Source: an uncultured Oscillospiraceae bacterium (GTDB lineage Bacteria; Bacillota; Clostridia; Oscillospirales; Oscillospiraceae). From it: a stretch of DNA of 64,000 nucleotides. Below, piece by piece: positions 50,282 through 60,452 of this stretch (position 1 is the stretch's first letter; each line of letters starts with the position of its first letter). The notes under the pieces were generated by a model. It was not told where the DNA came from. It was given only the letters and a program-made list of their open reading frames with translations, and did no database searches. The stretch is taken from the NCBI GenBank assembly GCA_910583885.1, contig CAJUAC010000005.1:16508-80507 (forward strand). The letters run 5' to 3'. The translations under genes and the position numbers were made by a program.

Positions 50282-52603
50282 ATGACGATTGAAAAGCTGA
50301 AAAAACGGGACGGGCGTCTGGTGGACTTCGACAAGGAGAAGATCGCATCCGCTATTGCCAGGGCCTTTGAGGCCACCTACAAGCCGGGCCAGGAGGACGT
50401 GGCAGCTGGCCTGACAGAGGAGGTCCTCTCGATCCTGGAGGTGGAGGGGATTGCCGCCCCCGAGGTGGAACACATCCAAGATATTGTGGAACGGGTGCTG
50501 ATGGACAACGGCTATGTCCAAACAGCAAAGGCTTACATCCTCTACCGCAGCGAGCGCAGCCGGGTGCGGGAGATGAACACGCGGCTGATGAAGACCTACG
50601 AGGACATCACCTTCTCCGACGCGGTGGATTCCGATCTGAAGCGGGAAAACGCCAACATCAATGGGGACACCGCCATGGGTTCCATGCTGAAATACGGCAG
50701 CGAGGGGGCCAAGCAGTTCTATCAGATGTTCGTGCTCAAGCCCGAGCACGCCCGGGCCCACCAGGAGGGGGATATCCATATCCACGACCTGGATTTCTAC
50801 ACCCTGACCACCACCTGCTGCCAGATCGACATCCAAAAGCTCTTCAAGGGCGGTTTCTCCACGGGCCACGGCTACCTGCGGGAGCCCAACGACATCTCCT
50901 CCTACGCCGCCCTGGCCTGCATCGCCATCCAGTCCAACCAGAACGACCAGCACGGCGGACAGGCTATCGTCAACTTTGACTATGGTATGGCCGAGGGTGT
51001 GGCCAAGACCTTCCGCCGCTACTATACCCGGAACCTGGCCAAGGCCCTTATGCTCTGGCACGATATGGAGGATCCGGAGGAGGAGCTGAAGGAGCTGCGG
51101 GAGCGGCTCCAGGAGGAGAAGGGGCTTTCCCCCCGCCTGGAGGCCTGCGGGCCCTATCTGGAGGCGGAGCTGCCCTATCTGGTGGAGAAGTACGGGGAGC
51201 GGGAGCGGATGGAGAAGGCACAGTCCATGGCTGTCCACTACGCGGAGAAGGAGACAGAGCGCTCCACCTTCCAGGCCATGGAGGCGTTTATCCACAACCT
51301 GAACACCATGCACAGCCGTGCCGGTGCGCAGACCCCCTTTTCCTCTATCAACTACGGCATGGATACCAGCCCGGAGGGCCGCATGGTCATGCGCAACCTC
51401 CTGCTGACCACGGAGGAAGGCCTGGGCAACGGCGAGACGCCCATCTTCCCCATCCAGATTTTCCGGGTGAAGGAGGGGGTCAACTACAACCCCGGCGACC
51501 CCAATTACGATTTGTTCAAGCTGGCCTGCCGGTGCAGCGCCAAGCGTCTGTTCCCCAACTTCGCGTTTTTGGACGCGCCCTTTAACCTGCAATACTACGA
51601 CCCCCAGCGGCCGGAGACAGAGATTGCCTACATGGGCTGCCGTACCCGGGTCATCTCCAATGTGTGCGACACCAACCGCCAGCAGTGCAACCAGCGGGGC
51701 AACCTCAGCTTTACCTCGATCAACCTCCCACGCATCGCGATCAAGGCCAGGGGGGATCTGGACACGTTCTTTGAAGAGCTGGACCGGAAGCTGGATCTGT
51801 GTGTGGAGCAGCTGCTGGAGCGCTTTGAGATCCAGGCGAGGAAGCATGTGTACAATTTCCCCTTCCTCATGGGCCAGGGGGTGTGGCTGGACAGCGAGAA
51901 GCTGAGCTGGACGGATGAGGTCCGGGAGGTGCTCAAGCACGGCACACTGTCTGTAGGCTTCATTGGCCTGGCGGAGAGCCTGGTGGCCCTCACCGGCCAG
52001 CACCACGGGGAGAGTGAGCGCAGCCAGCGGCTGGGCCTGGAGATCGTCGCCCGGATGCGTGCCCGGATGGACGAGGAGAGCCAGAAGCGGGGGATGAACT
52101 TCTCCCTGCTGGCGACCCCGGGGGAGGGGCTCTCCGGCTGTTTTACCCGCATTGACAAGAAGAGGTTCGGCATGATCCCCGGCGTTACGGATCGGGAGTA
52201 CTACACCAACAGCTTCCATGTCCCGGTTTACTACCCCATCAGTGCCTTTGAGAAGATCAAGCTGGAGGCCCCCTACCATGCGCTGACCAATGCGGGGCAT
52301 ATCAGCTATGTGGAGATGGACGGCGACCCGCTGAAGAATCTGGACGCCTTTGAGAAGGTGATCCGCTGCATGAAGGAGGCGGGGATTGGCTACGGCTCTG
52401 TCAACCACCCGGTGGACCGGGATCCCTGCTGCGGGTACACGGGGATTATTGACGACGTGTGCCCCGGGTGCGGGCGGCGCGAGGAGGGCGACCGGACCGG
52501 GTTTGAGCGGATCCGCCGGATCACCGGGTATCTGGGTACGCTGGACTACTGGAACAACGCCAAGGCAGCCGAGGAGTCTGACCGCGTCAAGCACGGGATG
52601 TAA
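50282..52603 (+). CDS. nrdD: Anaerobic ribonucleoside-triphosphate reductase (class III)
   Basis: N-terminal ATP-cone (KRDGRLVDFDKEKI), a C-terminal Zn ribbon CCGYTG....CPGCG and the glycyl-radical motif RRITGYLG. Confidence 0.95.
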   Translation: MTIEKLKKRDGRLVDFDKEKIASAIARAFEATYKPGQEDVAAGLTEEVLSILEVEGIAAPEVEHIQDIVERVLMDNGYVQTAKAYILYRSERSRVREMNTRLMKTYEDITFSDAVDSDLKRENANINGDTAMGSMLKYGSEGAKQFYQMFVLKPEHARAHQEGDIHIHDLDFYTLTTTCCQIDIQKLFKGGFSTGHGYLREPNDISSYAALACIAIQSNQNDQHGGQAIVNFDYGMAEGVAKTFRRYYTRNLAKALMLWHDMEDPEEELKELRERLQEEKGLSPRLEACGPYLEAELPYLVEKYGERERMEKAQSMAVHYAEKETERSTFQAMEAFIHNLNTMHSRAGAQTPFSSINYGMDTSPEGRMVMRNLLLTTEEGLGNGETPIFPIQIFRVKEGVNYNPGDPNYDLFKLACRCSAKRLFPNFAFLDAPFNLQYYDPQRPETEIAYMGCRTRVISNVCDTNRQQCNQRGNLSFTSINLPRIAIKARGDLDTFFEELDRKLDLCVEQLLERFEIQARKHVYNFPFLMGQGVWLDSEKLSWTDEVREVLKHGTLSVGFIGLAESLVALTGQHHGESERSQRLGLEIVARMRARMDEESQKRGMNFSLLATPGEGLSGCFTRIDKKRFGMIPGVTDREYYTNSFHVPVYYPISAFEKIKLEAPYHALTNAGHISYVEMDGDPLKNLDAFEKVIRCMKEAGIGYGSVNHPVDRDPCCGYTGIIDDVCPGCGRREEGDRTGFERIRRITGYLGTLDYWNNAKAAEESDRVKHGM

Positions 52604-52635
52604 CAGCCGCCCAGCTGGCGGAGAAAGGAACCCCG

Positions 52636-53127
52636 ATGAGAATTTATGGCCTCCAGCAGGATTCGATTGTAGATGGTCCCGGCTTCCGGTTTGCCTGTTT
52701 TGTCCAGGGCTGCCCCCACGGCTGCCCCGGCTGCCATAACCCGGACAGCCACGACCCGGCGGGCGGGGTGGAGATGGCAGTGGAGCAGGTGGCGGAGGAG
52801 CTGCTGAAAAACCCGCTGACCGACGGGCTGACCCTCTCCGGAGGGGAGCCCTTCGCCCAGGCGGAGGACTGCCTGGCCCTGGCAAAGCTTGCACACAGCC
52901 ATGGCCTGAACGTGTGGTGCTACTCCGGCTGGACGTTTTCGTACCTGCGGGACAAGGGGAATGCGGCGCAGAAAGCGCTCCTGGCCGAGCTGGATGTGCT
53001 GGTGGACGGACCCTTCCTTTTAGCGGAACGGTCCCTGTCCCTGCCCTGGCGGGGCAGCCGGAACCAGCGGGTGATCGACGTGCAGGCTTCATTGGCTGCT
53101 GGTAGCGAGGTCGTCCGTCCAGACTAA
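52636..53127 (+). CDS. nrdG: Anaerobic RNR activating protein (radical SAM)
   Basis: DGPGFRFACFVQGCPHGCPGCHNP and LSGGEP. 163 aa. Confidence 0.92.
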   Translation: MRIYGLQQDSIVDGPGFRFACFVQGCPHGCPGCHNPDSHDPAGGVEMAVEQVAEELLKNPLTDGLTLSGGEPFAQAEDCLALAKLAHSHGLNVWCYSGWTFSYLRDKGNAAQKALLAELDVLVDGPFLLAERSLSLPWRGSRNQRVIDVQASLAAGSEVVRPD

Positions 53128-53177
53128 GGGCGCTAAGGGACCCGTTAAGAGATAGGGCCATGTGTTAATACGGCATT

Positions 53178-53209
53178 AAGAGCAGGGGATAAGCCCTTGC
53201 TCTTTTTTT
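53178..53209 (+). terminator. Intrinsic terminator after nrdG
   Basis: The aagagcagggg / gcccttgctctt stem is followed by a run of 7 T. Confidence 0.7.
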
Positions 53210-53256
53210 AATGTCCGGTAAAATAGGGGCAGTTATCATAGGAGGTTATCGCAAGC

Positions 53257-53514
53257 ATGGAAAATCTGTTCGTATGTGTGATGGGGATGGGGGTCACCTT
53301 CTTTGGCCTGACCTGCCTGATCGGCCTGATCACCCTGTTGGGCAAGTTCCCAGGCAGCAAGCCGGTGGAAGTCCCCCAGCAGGTGGCGCCGGCGGCCCCC
53401 GCCGGGATCCCTAACCGGCAGGAACTGATTGCCGCAGTATCCGCTGCCCTGGCAGAGGAGCTGGGGACAGATGTTACCGCCATCCGTATCCTCTCCTTCC
53501 GGAAGGTGTCCTGA
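53257..53514 (+). CDS. OadG-family (Na+-decarboxylase gamma-subunit-like) small membrane protein, orphan
   Basis: MENLFVCVMGMGVTFFGLTCLIGLITLLG is the typical OadG N-terminal TM, followed by an Ala/Pro linker and AAVSAALAEELG. 85 aa. AGGAGG RBS. Confidence 0.6.
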   Translation: MENLFVCVMGMGVTFFGLTCLIGLITLLGKFPGSKPVEVPQQVAPAAPAGIPNRQELIAAVSAALAEELGTDVTAIRILSFRKVS

Positions 53515-53544
53515 CCGCCCCGTCCCTTACATAGTGTGCAAAAA

Positions 53545-53587
53545 GCAGTGGGAGCCAGCCCAGATGGGCCAGCTCCTGCTGTTTTTT
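53545..53587 (+). terminator. Intrinsic terminator after the oadG-like gene
   Basis: agcagtgggagccagccc...gggccagctcctgct forms an imperfect long stem followed by tttttt. Confidence 0.65.
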
Positions 53588-53718
53588 CTGGGAATTCGAT
53601 AAAATCTACAAAATTGTGTATTCCCAGCCTTTACAATTCCGCTAAGATTTGGTAAGATAAATTCCACCATTTAATACCCAAGGTTTGATATGGTAAGTGT
53701 GTGGGAAAGAGGGAGTAT

Positions 53719-55434
53719 ATGACTCATCAAGAAAAGGCGGTCATGTTTCTGCGCCAAGGATATCACTGTTCACAGGCGGTTTTTGGTGCATTTGCAGAGG
53801 ATTTCGGGCTCGACCAGTCGGCCGCCTTTAAAATCAGTGCCTACTTTGGCAGTGGGATGCGGTGGGGCGGGAGCTGTGGCTGCATGACAGGGGCTTTGCT
53901 GGTGTTGGGGATGGCCATGGGATTTTATGATACCCAAGACCGGGACTTAGAGGAGTACGGGAACAGGAAGACCAGCGAGTTTATCCGGCGTTTTACAGAG
54001 CAGATGCACGGGGAGATCGAGTGCCGGGGCGTGGAAAAGGATACCCTGGGGCCGCAGGGGACGGGCAGGGAGGAGGATCTCCAAAGGTGCCATCGCGCGG
54101 TCAGCGCGGTCGTAGACATCCTGGAGGATATGATGGCGCAGTTCCAGGCTGAGCGGGCCTGCCGCTGCGAGAACTTGGATACCCACAGCATCATCAGGCG
54201 TGCCAACGAGCTCCGGCAGTTTCAGTACAAGGTCAACACCCTCCTGTGTACCTCTAGCAAACAGGTTGCGTTTATTCAGTTTGATATCCGGCAGTTCAAA
54301 ATTATCAACGACCTGTATGGCGAAAAATTCGGCGACCAGATCTTGGATTTTGTCGTCTGCCGGCTGGAGGGGCTGTGCCGCAAGGAGCAGCTTTTTGCCA
54401 ATCTGCGCAGCGATGTGTTCATGGTTGTCATGGAATTTGGCGAGCGGGAGGAGATCACGGCGTTTATCCAACGGCTGGACGAGCAGGTCCGGTTGTTCCA
54501 GAATGTGCAGCTCCAGATGTCCTATGGCGTCTATATTGTACAGGACAGGTATATGGAGCAGCGGCAGATGGAGGACCGCGCTGCCATGGCGCGCAAGGCC
54601 GCCAAGCAGAACGTGCTGACCAATATCGCTTTCTACAAGGAGCAGTTTAAGGAGAGCCTTTACAACAGGAAATTTATCGAGGAGAACATGGATAAGGCCC
54701 TTGCAGAGCGGCAGATCAAGATGTACCTCCAGCCAAAATACAGCATCAAGCAGAATCGGATCGTGGGTGCGGAGGCGCTGGTGAGATGGCTCCATCCCAG
54801 CCGCGGCATGATCTATCCGGACCAGTTCATCCCCATTGTCGAGGAAAACGGCCTCATCCAGAAGATTGACTACTATATCTGGGAGGAGGCCTGCCAATTC
54901 CTGAGCAGGTGCAAGGCGGCGGGGATTACCACCTGCCCGGTCTCTGTCAACATGTCGCGCAACCACCTGCGGGACAGCAGCTGCATCCAGGTGCTCACCG
55001 AGATGATCGAGCGCAACGGCATCACCAAGCAGATGCTGGAGCTGGAGATCACAGAGACCGCTGGCGGCCAGATCCGCAAGAAGGCTATGCAGCTGAAGAA
55101 GGAAGGCTTTACGCTGCTGATGGACGATTTCGGCAGCGGCTATTCGTCACTGAACATCCTGTTGGAGACGCCGTTTGACGTAATCAAGCTGGACAAGAAG
55201 TTTATGGAGAACATTGTGTCATCCCAGAAGGGCCTGCTGATCCTCGAGCAGGTGGTATCTATGGCGAACAAGCTGGAGATGGGCCTGCTGGCGGAGGGCG
55301 TGGAGACGAAGGAGCAGGTCGACCTGCTGCGCGGTATCGGCTGCGACCAGGTGCAGGGCTACTACTACGCCGCACCGATGCCGCAGGACGAATTTTATCA
55401 TATACTAATCAAGCAGTATGGTGCGACAGCGTGA
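53719..55434 (+). CDS. C_GCAxxG_C_C domain fused to a degenerate GGDEF domain and an EAL phosphodiesterase domain
   Basis: N-terminus: YHCSQAV...GSCGCMTGALLVLG...C...C (C_GCAxxG_C_C-type). Middle: FDIRQFKIINDLYGEKFGD...LRSDVFMVV, with RSDVF in place of GGDEF. C-terminus: GAEALVRW, ELEITE, DDFGSGYSSL, IKLDKKF, AEGVET, QGYYY (a complete EAL set). Confidence 0.8.
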   Translation: MTHQEKAVMFLRQGYHCSQAVFGAFAEDFGLDQSAAFKISAYFGSGMRWGGSCGCMTGALLVLGMAMGFYDTQDRDLEEYGNRKTSEFIRRFTEQMHGEIECRGVEKDTLGPQGTGREEDLQRCHRAVSAVVDILEDMMAQFQAERACRCENLDTHSIIRRANELRQFQYKVNTLLCTSSKQVAFIQFDIRQFKIINDLYGEKFGDQILDFVVCRLEGLCRKEQLFANLRSDVFMVVMEFGEREEITAFIQRLDEQVRLFQNVQLQMSYGVYIVQDRYMEQRQMEDRAAMARKAAKQNVLTNIAFYKEQFKESLYNRKFIEENMDKALAERQIKMYLQPKYSIKQNRIVGAEALVRWLHPSRGMIYPDQFIPIVEENGLIQKIDYYIWEEACQFLSRCKAAGITTCPVSVNMSRNHLRDSSCIQVLTEMIERNGITKQMLELEITETAGGQIRKKAMQLKKEGFTLLMDDFGSGYSSLNILLETPFDVIKLDKKFMENIVSSQKGLLILEQVVSMANKLEMGLLAEGVETKEQVDLLRGIGCDQVQGYYYAAPMPQDEFYHILIKQYGATA

Positions 55435-55438
55435 ACGG

Positions 55439-55469
55439 CTGCCTGGTATTGCGGCGCAATACCAGGCAG
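55439..55469 (+). terminator. Hairpin between the EAL gene and the patatin gene
   Basis: ctgcctggtattg / caataccaggcag forms a 13-bp stem followed by atttctct (a weak U-tract). Confidence 0.5.
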
Positions 55470-55499
55470 ATTTCTCTATGTTACAGGCGGAGGTGCAGC

Positions 55500-56339
55500 A
55501 TGAAAACAGGAATAGTGGATGTGGGCGGCGGGTTCCGAGGGATCTATGCGGCGGGGGTGTTCGATTACTGCATAGACCGGGATATCTGGTTTGACCTGGT
55601 CATCGGTGTTTCAGCGGGCAGTGCCAACGCTGCCTCCTATTTGGCGGGGCAGCGGGGGAGGAACTACACGTTCTATACCGAGTACGCCCTGCGTAAGGAG
55701 TATATGGGGGCAAAAAACGCCCTGACCAAGCTGTCCTATATCAATCTGGACTACGTCTATGGGACGCTGAGCAGTGCGGCAGGGGAGTGCCCGCTGGACT
55801 ATCCGGCGCTGATGGAGAACCCAGCGGAGCTGTTGGTGGTGGCGACCAATGCGTTGACAGGCAGTACGCGCTACTTTGATAAATCCCATATCCAGCAGGA
55901 TGTCTATGACATTTTCAAGGCCTCCTCCGCCATCCCCTTTGTGTGCCGGCCCTACCAGGTGGATTGGATGCCCTATTATGATGGCGCACTGGGCGACCCG
56001 GTGCCGGTAGAGAAGGCGTTCCAATGTGGGTGTGACCGGGTTGTGGTCATTTTGTCCAGGCCGGCGGACCGGCGGAGGGTACCGGGGCGGGACGGTTTCC
56101 TGGCGGATAGGATCCAGCGGAAGTACCCCTTTGCGGCCCAGAAACTCCGTTCCCGGGTGGATCGCTACAACGAGGGGGTTGCGCTGGCGAAGCGCTACGA
56201 ATCGGAGGGCCGGGCCCTCATCATCGCACCGGACAGCATCTGCGGGCTGGATACCCTGTCGCGGGACACGGAGGCCTTGAAGCGTTTTTATCAGAAGGGC
56301 TACCAGGACGCGGAGGCAATCACCGCTTTCCTGGGGTGA
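55500..56339 (+). CDS. Patatin-like phospholipase family protein
   Basis: VGGGFRG (oxyanion), GVSAGS (GxSxG) and YYDGALGD (catalytic Asp). 279 aa. GGAGG RBS. Confidence 0.88.
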   Translation: MKTGIVDVGGGFRGIYAAGVFDYCIDRDIWFDLVIGVSAGSANAASYLAGQRGRNYTFYTEYALRKEYMGAKNALTKLSYINLDYVYGTLSSAAGECPLDYPALMENPAELLVVATNALTGSTRYFDKSHIQQDVYDIFKASSAIPFVCRPYQVDWMPYYDGALGDPVPVEKAFQCGCDRVVVILSRPADRRRVPGRDGFLADRIQRKYPFAAQKLRSRVDRYNEGVALAKRYESEGRALIIAPDSICGLDTLSRDTEALKRFYQKGYQDAEAITAFLG

Positions 56340-56363
56340 GGCTGCGCCAGGATAGAGAGAAGG

Positions 56364-56406
56364 GATGGGAGAGGCCCCCGGCTCGATGCCGGGGGCCTCT
56401 CCCATC
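56364..56406. terminator. Bidirectional 19-bp hairpin between the convergent patatin and asd genes
   Basis: gatgggagaggcccccggc / gccgggggcctctcccatc are perfect arms with a 5-nt loop. Confidence 0.7.
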
Positions 56407-56427
56407 TTGCTGCAAGGATGTGGGGTT

Positions 56428-57513
56428 TTAGATGTAGCCCTCTGCGCACAGCAGCTCTGCCAGGAGCACCGAGCCGCCGGCCGCGCCGCGCAAGGTGTTG
56501 TGGCTGAGGCAGACGAACTTGTAGTCATACTGGCTGTCCGGCCGCAGGCGGCCGATGGACACAGCCATGCCGTCCTCCAGCATCCGGTCCAGACGGGTCT
56601 GGGGGCGGTCGGGCTCCTCAAAGTAGTGGAGGAACTGTTTGGGAGCGGAGGGGAGTGCCAGCTCCTGGGCCCGGCCGGAGAAATTGGCCCAGTCCGCTTT
56701 GATCTGCTCCATGGTGGGCTTGCAGCCCTCCCGGAAGCGCATAAAGCAGGCCGCCATGTGGCCGTCCTGGCAGGCGACCCGGAAGCACTGGGCAGTGATG
56801 GAGGGGGAGGTGGCCAGGACGAACTTGCCGTCCTCGATCTTCGCCCACAGCTTCATGGGCTCCTTCTCGCTCTTCTCCTCCTCGCCGCCGATGTAAGGGA
56901 TGCAGTTATCCACCATTTCCGGCCAGCGCTCAAAGGTCTTGCCCGCACCGGAGATCGCCTGATAGGTACAAACCAGCGCCTGCTCCATGCCGTATTTCAG
57001 CAGGGGATGCAGGGCGGGGACATAGGACTGGAGGGAGCAGTTGGATTTTACCGCCACGAAGCCCCGCTTGGTGCCCAGGCGCTTGCGCTGCTGCTCAATG
57101 ATCCGGATGTGGTCCGCGTTGATCTCCGGGACAACCATGGGGACATCCTCTGTCCAGCGGTTGGCACTGTTGTTGGAGACCACGGGGCACTCCAGCTTGG
57201 CGTAGCGCTCCTCCAGGGCGCGGATCTCCTCCTTCTTCATGTCCACGGCGCAAAAGACGAAATCAACCATCCCGGCCAGCTTCTCCGCATCCGCCTGGGC
57301 ATCCAGGACCACCAGGTCCCTCGCCTGCTGGGGGATGGGGGAGGTCATGGCCCAGCGGCCCTCTACTGCCTCCCCGTAGGTCTTGCCCGCGCTGCGGGTA
57401 CTGGCCGCGATGGCCGTCAGCCGGAACCAGGGGTGGTTTTCCATCAGGGTGACGAAGCGTTGGCCCACCATCCCGGTGCCGCCGATGATCCCGACACGAT
57501 ATTCTTTCCTCAT
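56428..57513 (-). CDS. asd: Aspartate-semialdehyde dehydrogenase
   Basis: VGIIGGTGMVGQRF, NCSLQ (active-site Cys region), SGAG, and LSHNTLRGAAGG. 361 aa. AGGAGG RBS. Confidence 0.9.
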   Translation of the reverse strand: MRKEYRVGIIGGTGMVGQRFVTLMENHPWFRLTAIAASTRSAGKTYGEAVEGRWAMTSPIPQQARDLVVLDAQADAEKLAGMVDFVFCAVDMKKEEIRALEERYAKLECPVVSNNSANRWTEDVPMVVPEINADHIRIIEQQRKRLGTKRGFVAVKSNCSLQSYVPALHPLLKYGMEQALVCTYQAISGAGKTFERWPEMVDNCIPYIGGEEEKSEKEPMKLWAKIEDGKFVLATSPSITAQCFRVACQDGHMAACFMRFREGCKPTMEQIKADWANFSGRAQELALPSAPKQFLHYFEEPDRPQTRLDRMLEDGMAVSIGRLRPDSQYDYKFVCLSHNTLRGAAGGSVLLAELLCAEGYI

Positions 57514-57696
57514 GTTGGTACCTCCTGCAAAAATTGGATGCGCAGGGGAGGGGAAAACTGTCGAATCTTGGCTTGAAATCTTCCCCGACCCCATGTATAC
57601 TGTATGTGAACAGCTCGCTGATGAGAGCGGATTCCCGTATTTTCATATCACATTTTTCTCATCGTGTCAACTATTTTATCCCCTCCAGGAGGTTCC

Positions 57697-59373
57697 ATGA
57701 AGAAGTTTTTGCGCACCCTGTTCCTTTGTATGCTAACTGCGGCCACATTGACTGTTTATGCCCTTGCTGCAGAGGACACAATAAAGGTAGGCCTGTTCTA
57801 CGGCAGCGGGGCCCTCTACTCCGCCAACCTGCAAAATTACCAGGGCGCGGGCTACCATCTGGGCTGGTTCGACGAGAACAGCCGGGCATTCACTGAGATC
57901 GGCTATCTGGAGGAGGAAAAGCTCTCCATGACGGCTGACGGGACCATCTACATGAGTGGCGGCGCCTACTATGGCAGCCGGCCTGGCAGTGTGGACGGCA
58001 CGGTGGGCGGCTACCATGTCCAGTTGGACGAGGTGTTCCCGTCCTTTGACGCTGCTGCCTACGTGGCCGCCCAGTTCCAGGACGCATTCCCCGCCTTTAT
58101 CAACAACCAGTACCGGGTTCGGGTGGGCAGCTTTACCGCCCGGGAGGAGGCGGAGTCCGCCGCCGCGACCTATGCCACCTTCAACTGGCAGGATCTGGGC
58201 GGAGGGAAACGGCAGTTTGCCGGGTCGGTAGCAACCCCCAGTGCCACTGGCGTGACGGTCACGGAGACGGCCACGGACCGGGTCCTCTTTGAGTTCGACT
58301 GTTCTGGCGCAAAGAGCCTGGGGATCTTGCCGGACGGTGGGGCAGGCAAAGCCCTCACCTGGTTTAAGGGATACAAGTGGTACGGTGGGTTTGAGTACCG
58401 GCGCAGTACGGGCGGCAATCTCAATGTGATCAATGTGGTGGGGCTGGACGACTATATTAAAGGTGTACTGCCCTATGAGATGAGCCCCACCTGGCCCCTG
58501 GAGGCCCTGAAGGCCCAGGCGGTCTGCGCCCGGACCTACGCGCTGCTCCAGACCAGGCACTATGACAGCTACCGCTTTGATGTGTGCAACACCACAGACT
58601 GCCAGGTCTATCAGGGGGCCAACCAGGCCAGTGCCCTGACGGACCAGGCAGTGGAGGAGACGGCGGGGGTTGTAGCTGTCTACGGCGGGAAATATGCGGA
58701 GACCTACTATTACTCCTGTAACGGCGGCGCTTCGGAGAGCTCGGAGAACGTGTGGACAAACGCACTTCCCTACCTGGTGGGGAAGGAGGACCCCTATGAG
58801 GGGATGATTACGATACCGGATTATACATACACGCTCCACTACACCTATAGCCAGCTGACCAGTATGCTCAAGAGCAAGGGGTACTCCATTGGTACGGTCA
58901 ACAGTGCCTACATCTCCCGGACCACCCCCACCGGGAATGTCCTGGAGATCACCTTCCGGGACACCTCCGGCAAAACCCTGGTGGTCTCCAGGGAGAACTG
59001 CCGGTCAGTGCTGTCCACCCGGAGTATGCGCTTTACAATTTCCGGCGGGGGCAGTGGGGGGAGCTGGTATGTCAACAACGCCAGCGGGACGCTCTCCAGC
59101 CTGGGCGGAGCCTACACCATCTCCGGGAAGGGGGACATAGCGGCCTGTCCGGATGGGGAGGCCTATGTCGTCACCGCCTCCGGCACGTCGCTGCTCCAGG
59201 CACCCGCCGCATCCTCCGGCAGCGGGAAGGGGATCACGATCACCGGCAGCGGCCACGGCCATGGGGTAGGCATGAGCCAATATGGGGCCAAGGCCATGGC
59301 GGAGCTGGGATATTCCCATGAGGAGATCCTGGGCTTTTATTTCACAGGGATTACACTGGAAAGGGTCGGATAA
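57697..59373 (+). CDS. SpoIID/LytB-domain protein with an N-terminal SPOR-like domain
   Basis: Signal peptide; [18 protein letters not shown] (SPOR-like); [10 protein letters not shown]...[43 protein letters not shown]. Confidence 0.88.
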   Translation: MKKFLRTLFLCMLTAATLTVYALAAEDTIKVGLFYGSGALYSANLQNYQGAGYHLGWFDENSRAFTEIGYLEEEKLSMTADGTIYMSGGAYYGSRPGSVDGTVGGYHVQLDEVFPSFDAAAYVAAQFQDAFPAFINNQYRVRVGSFTAREEAESAAATYATFNWQDLGGGKRQFAGSVATPSATGVTVTETATDRVLFEFDCSGAKSLGILPDGGAGKALTWFKGYKWYGGFEYRRSTGGNLNVINVVGLDDYIKGVLPYEMSPTWPLEALKAQAVCARTYALLQTRHYDSYRFDVCNTTDCQVYQGANQASALTDQAVEETAGVVAVYGGKYAETYYYSCNGGASESSENVWTNALPYLVGKEDPYEGMITIPDYTYTLHYTYSQLTSMLKSKGYSIGTVNSAYISRTTPTGNVLEITFRDTSGKTLVVSRENCRSVLSTRSMRFTISGGGSGGSWYVNNASGTLSSLGGAYTISGKGDIAACPDGEAYVVTASGTSLLQAPAASSGSGKGITITGSGHGHGVGMSQYGAKAMAELGYSHEEILGFYFTGITLERVG

Positions 59374-59377
59374 ACGC

Positions 59378-60418
59378 TTGAAAACACACGATTTTAACTT
59401 TGAACTTCCTCCGGAGCTGATTGCACAGACGCCCATAGAACAGCGGGACGCGTCACGGCTGCTGGTGCTGGACAAGGAGACAGGGGCATATGTACACCGC
59501 CGGTTCTACCAGCTGCCGGAGCTGCTGCGGCCAGGCGACTGCCTGATTATGAACGATTCCCGGGTGCTGCCCGCCCGCCTGCTGGGCAGCCGGGTCCGGT
59601 CTGACGGCACCCTGGGCGGGGCCTGCGAGGTCCTGCTGCTTACTGATCGGGGGGATGGCGTGTGGGAATGCCTGGTCCGCCCGGGGCGGAAGCTGCGCAC
59701 AGGTGCGCGGGTCTCCTTTGGCGGGGCCGGGGAGCTGACGGCGGAGATCACCGGCGAAGCTGAGGGGGGCGGCCGGCTGGTGCGCTTCTTTTACGAGGGG
59801 ATTTTCCTGGAGGTGCTGGAGCGGCTGGGCCGGATGCCATTGCCACCCTATATCAAGGCGGAGCTGGAGGACCGGGAGCGGTACCAGACGGTGTACTCCC
59901 GCGTCAGCGGCTCTGCCGCCGCCCCCACGGCAGGCCTCCACTTCACCCGGGAGCTGATGGGGCAGATCCAGGCCATGGGTGTGGAGATCGGGTATGTCAC
60001 CTTGCATGTAGGTCTGGGGACCTTCCGCCCGGTGAAGGAGGAGGAGGTCACAGATCATGACATGCACAGCGAGTACTGCGAGATCCCAGCGGAGACGGCG
60101 GCGCTCATCAACCGTACCAAGGCCCGCGGCGGGCGGGTGATCTGCGTGGGCACCACCTCCTGCCGTACCCTGGAGAGCTGGGCCAGGGAGGACGGGCACA
60201 TGGAGGCGGAATCCGGGTGGACTAAGATTTTCATCTATCCTGGCTACCGGTTTAAGGTGATGGACGCGTTGGTTACTAATTTCCATCTGCCGGAGAGCAC
60301 CCTGCTGATGCTGGTCTCTGCCCTAGCGGGCAGGGAGCACGTCCTGGCCGCCTATGAGGAGGCGGTACGGGAGCGGTACCGGTTCTTTTCCTTTGGCGAC
60401 GCCATGTTTATCGGATAG
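59378..60418 (+). CDS. queA: S-adenosylmethionine:tRNA ribosyltransferase-isomerase
   Basis: [16 protein letters not shown]...[20 protein letters not shown]....[34 protein letters not shown] start. Confidence 0.92.
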   Translation: MKTHDFNFELPPELIAQTPIEQRDASRLLVLDKETGAYVHRRFYQLPELLRPGDCLIMNDSRVLPARLLGSRVRSDGTLGGACEVLLLTDRGDGVWECLVRPGRKLRTGARVSFGGAGELTAEITGEAEGGGRLVRFFYEGIFLEVLERLGRMPLPPYIKAELEDRERYQTVYSRVSGSAAAPTAGLHFTRELMGQIQAMGVEIGYVTLHVGLGTFRPVKEEEVTDHDMHSEYCEIPAETAALINRTKARGGRVICVGTTSCRTLESWAREDGHMEAESGWTKIFIYPGYRFKVMDALVTNFHLPESTLLMLVSALAGREHVLAAYEEAVRERYRFFSFGDAMFIG

Positions 60419-60452
60419 CGCCATCAAGGGGGCCAAGCCCCATTCTAATAAA

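Noticed and set aside
50261-53161. 966-aa ORF on the minus strand opposite nrdD/nrdG
   Set aside because: It is antisense to unmistakable NrdD and NrdG (ATP-cone, glycyl-radical motif, radical-SAM CxxxCxxC). The low-complexity Pro/Gly/Arg-rich translation marks it as a shadow ORF.
57560-57625. Minus-strand CATACAGTA resembling a sigma-K/sigma-E -10 element upstream of asd
   Set aside because: It is only a short -10-like match with no convincing -35 partner at the right spacing. It is tempting because asd belongs to a sporulation operon in Bacillus, but the sequence alone does not support the call.
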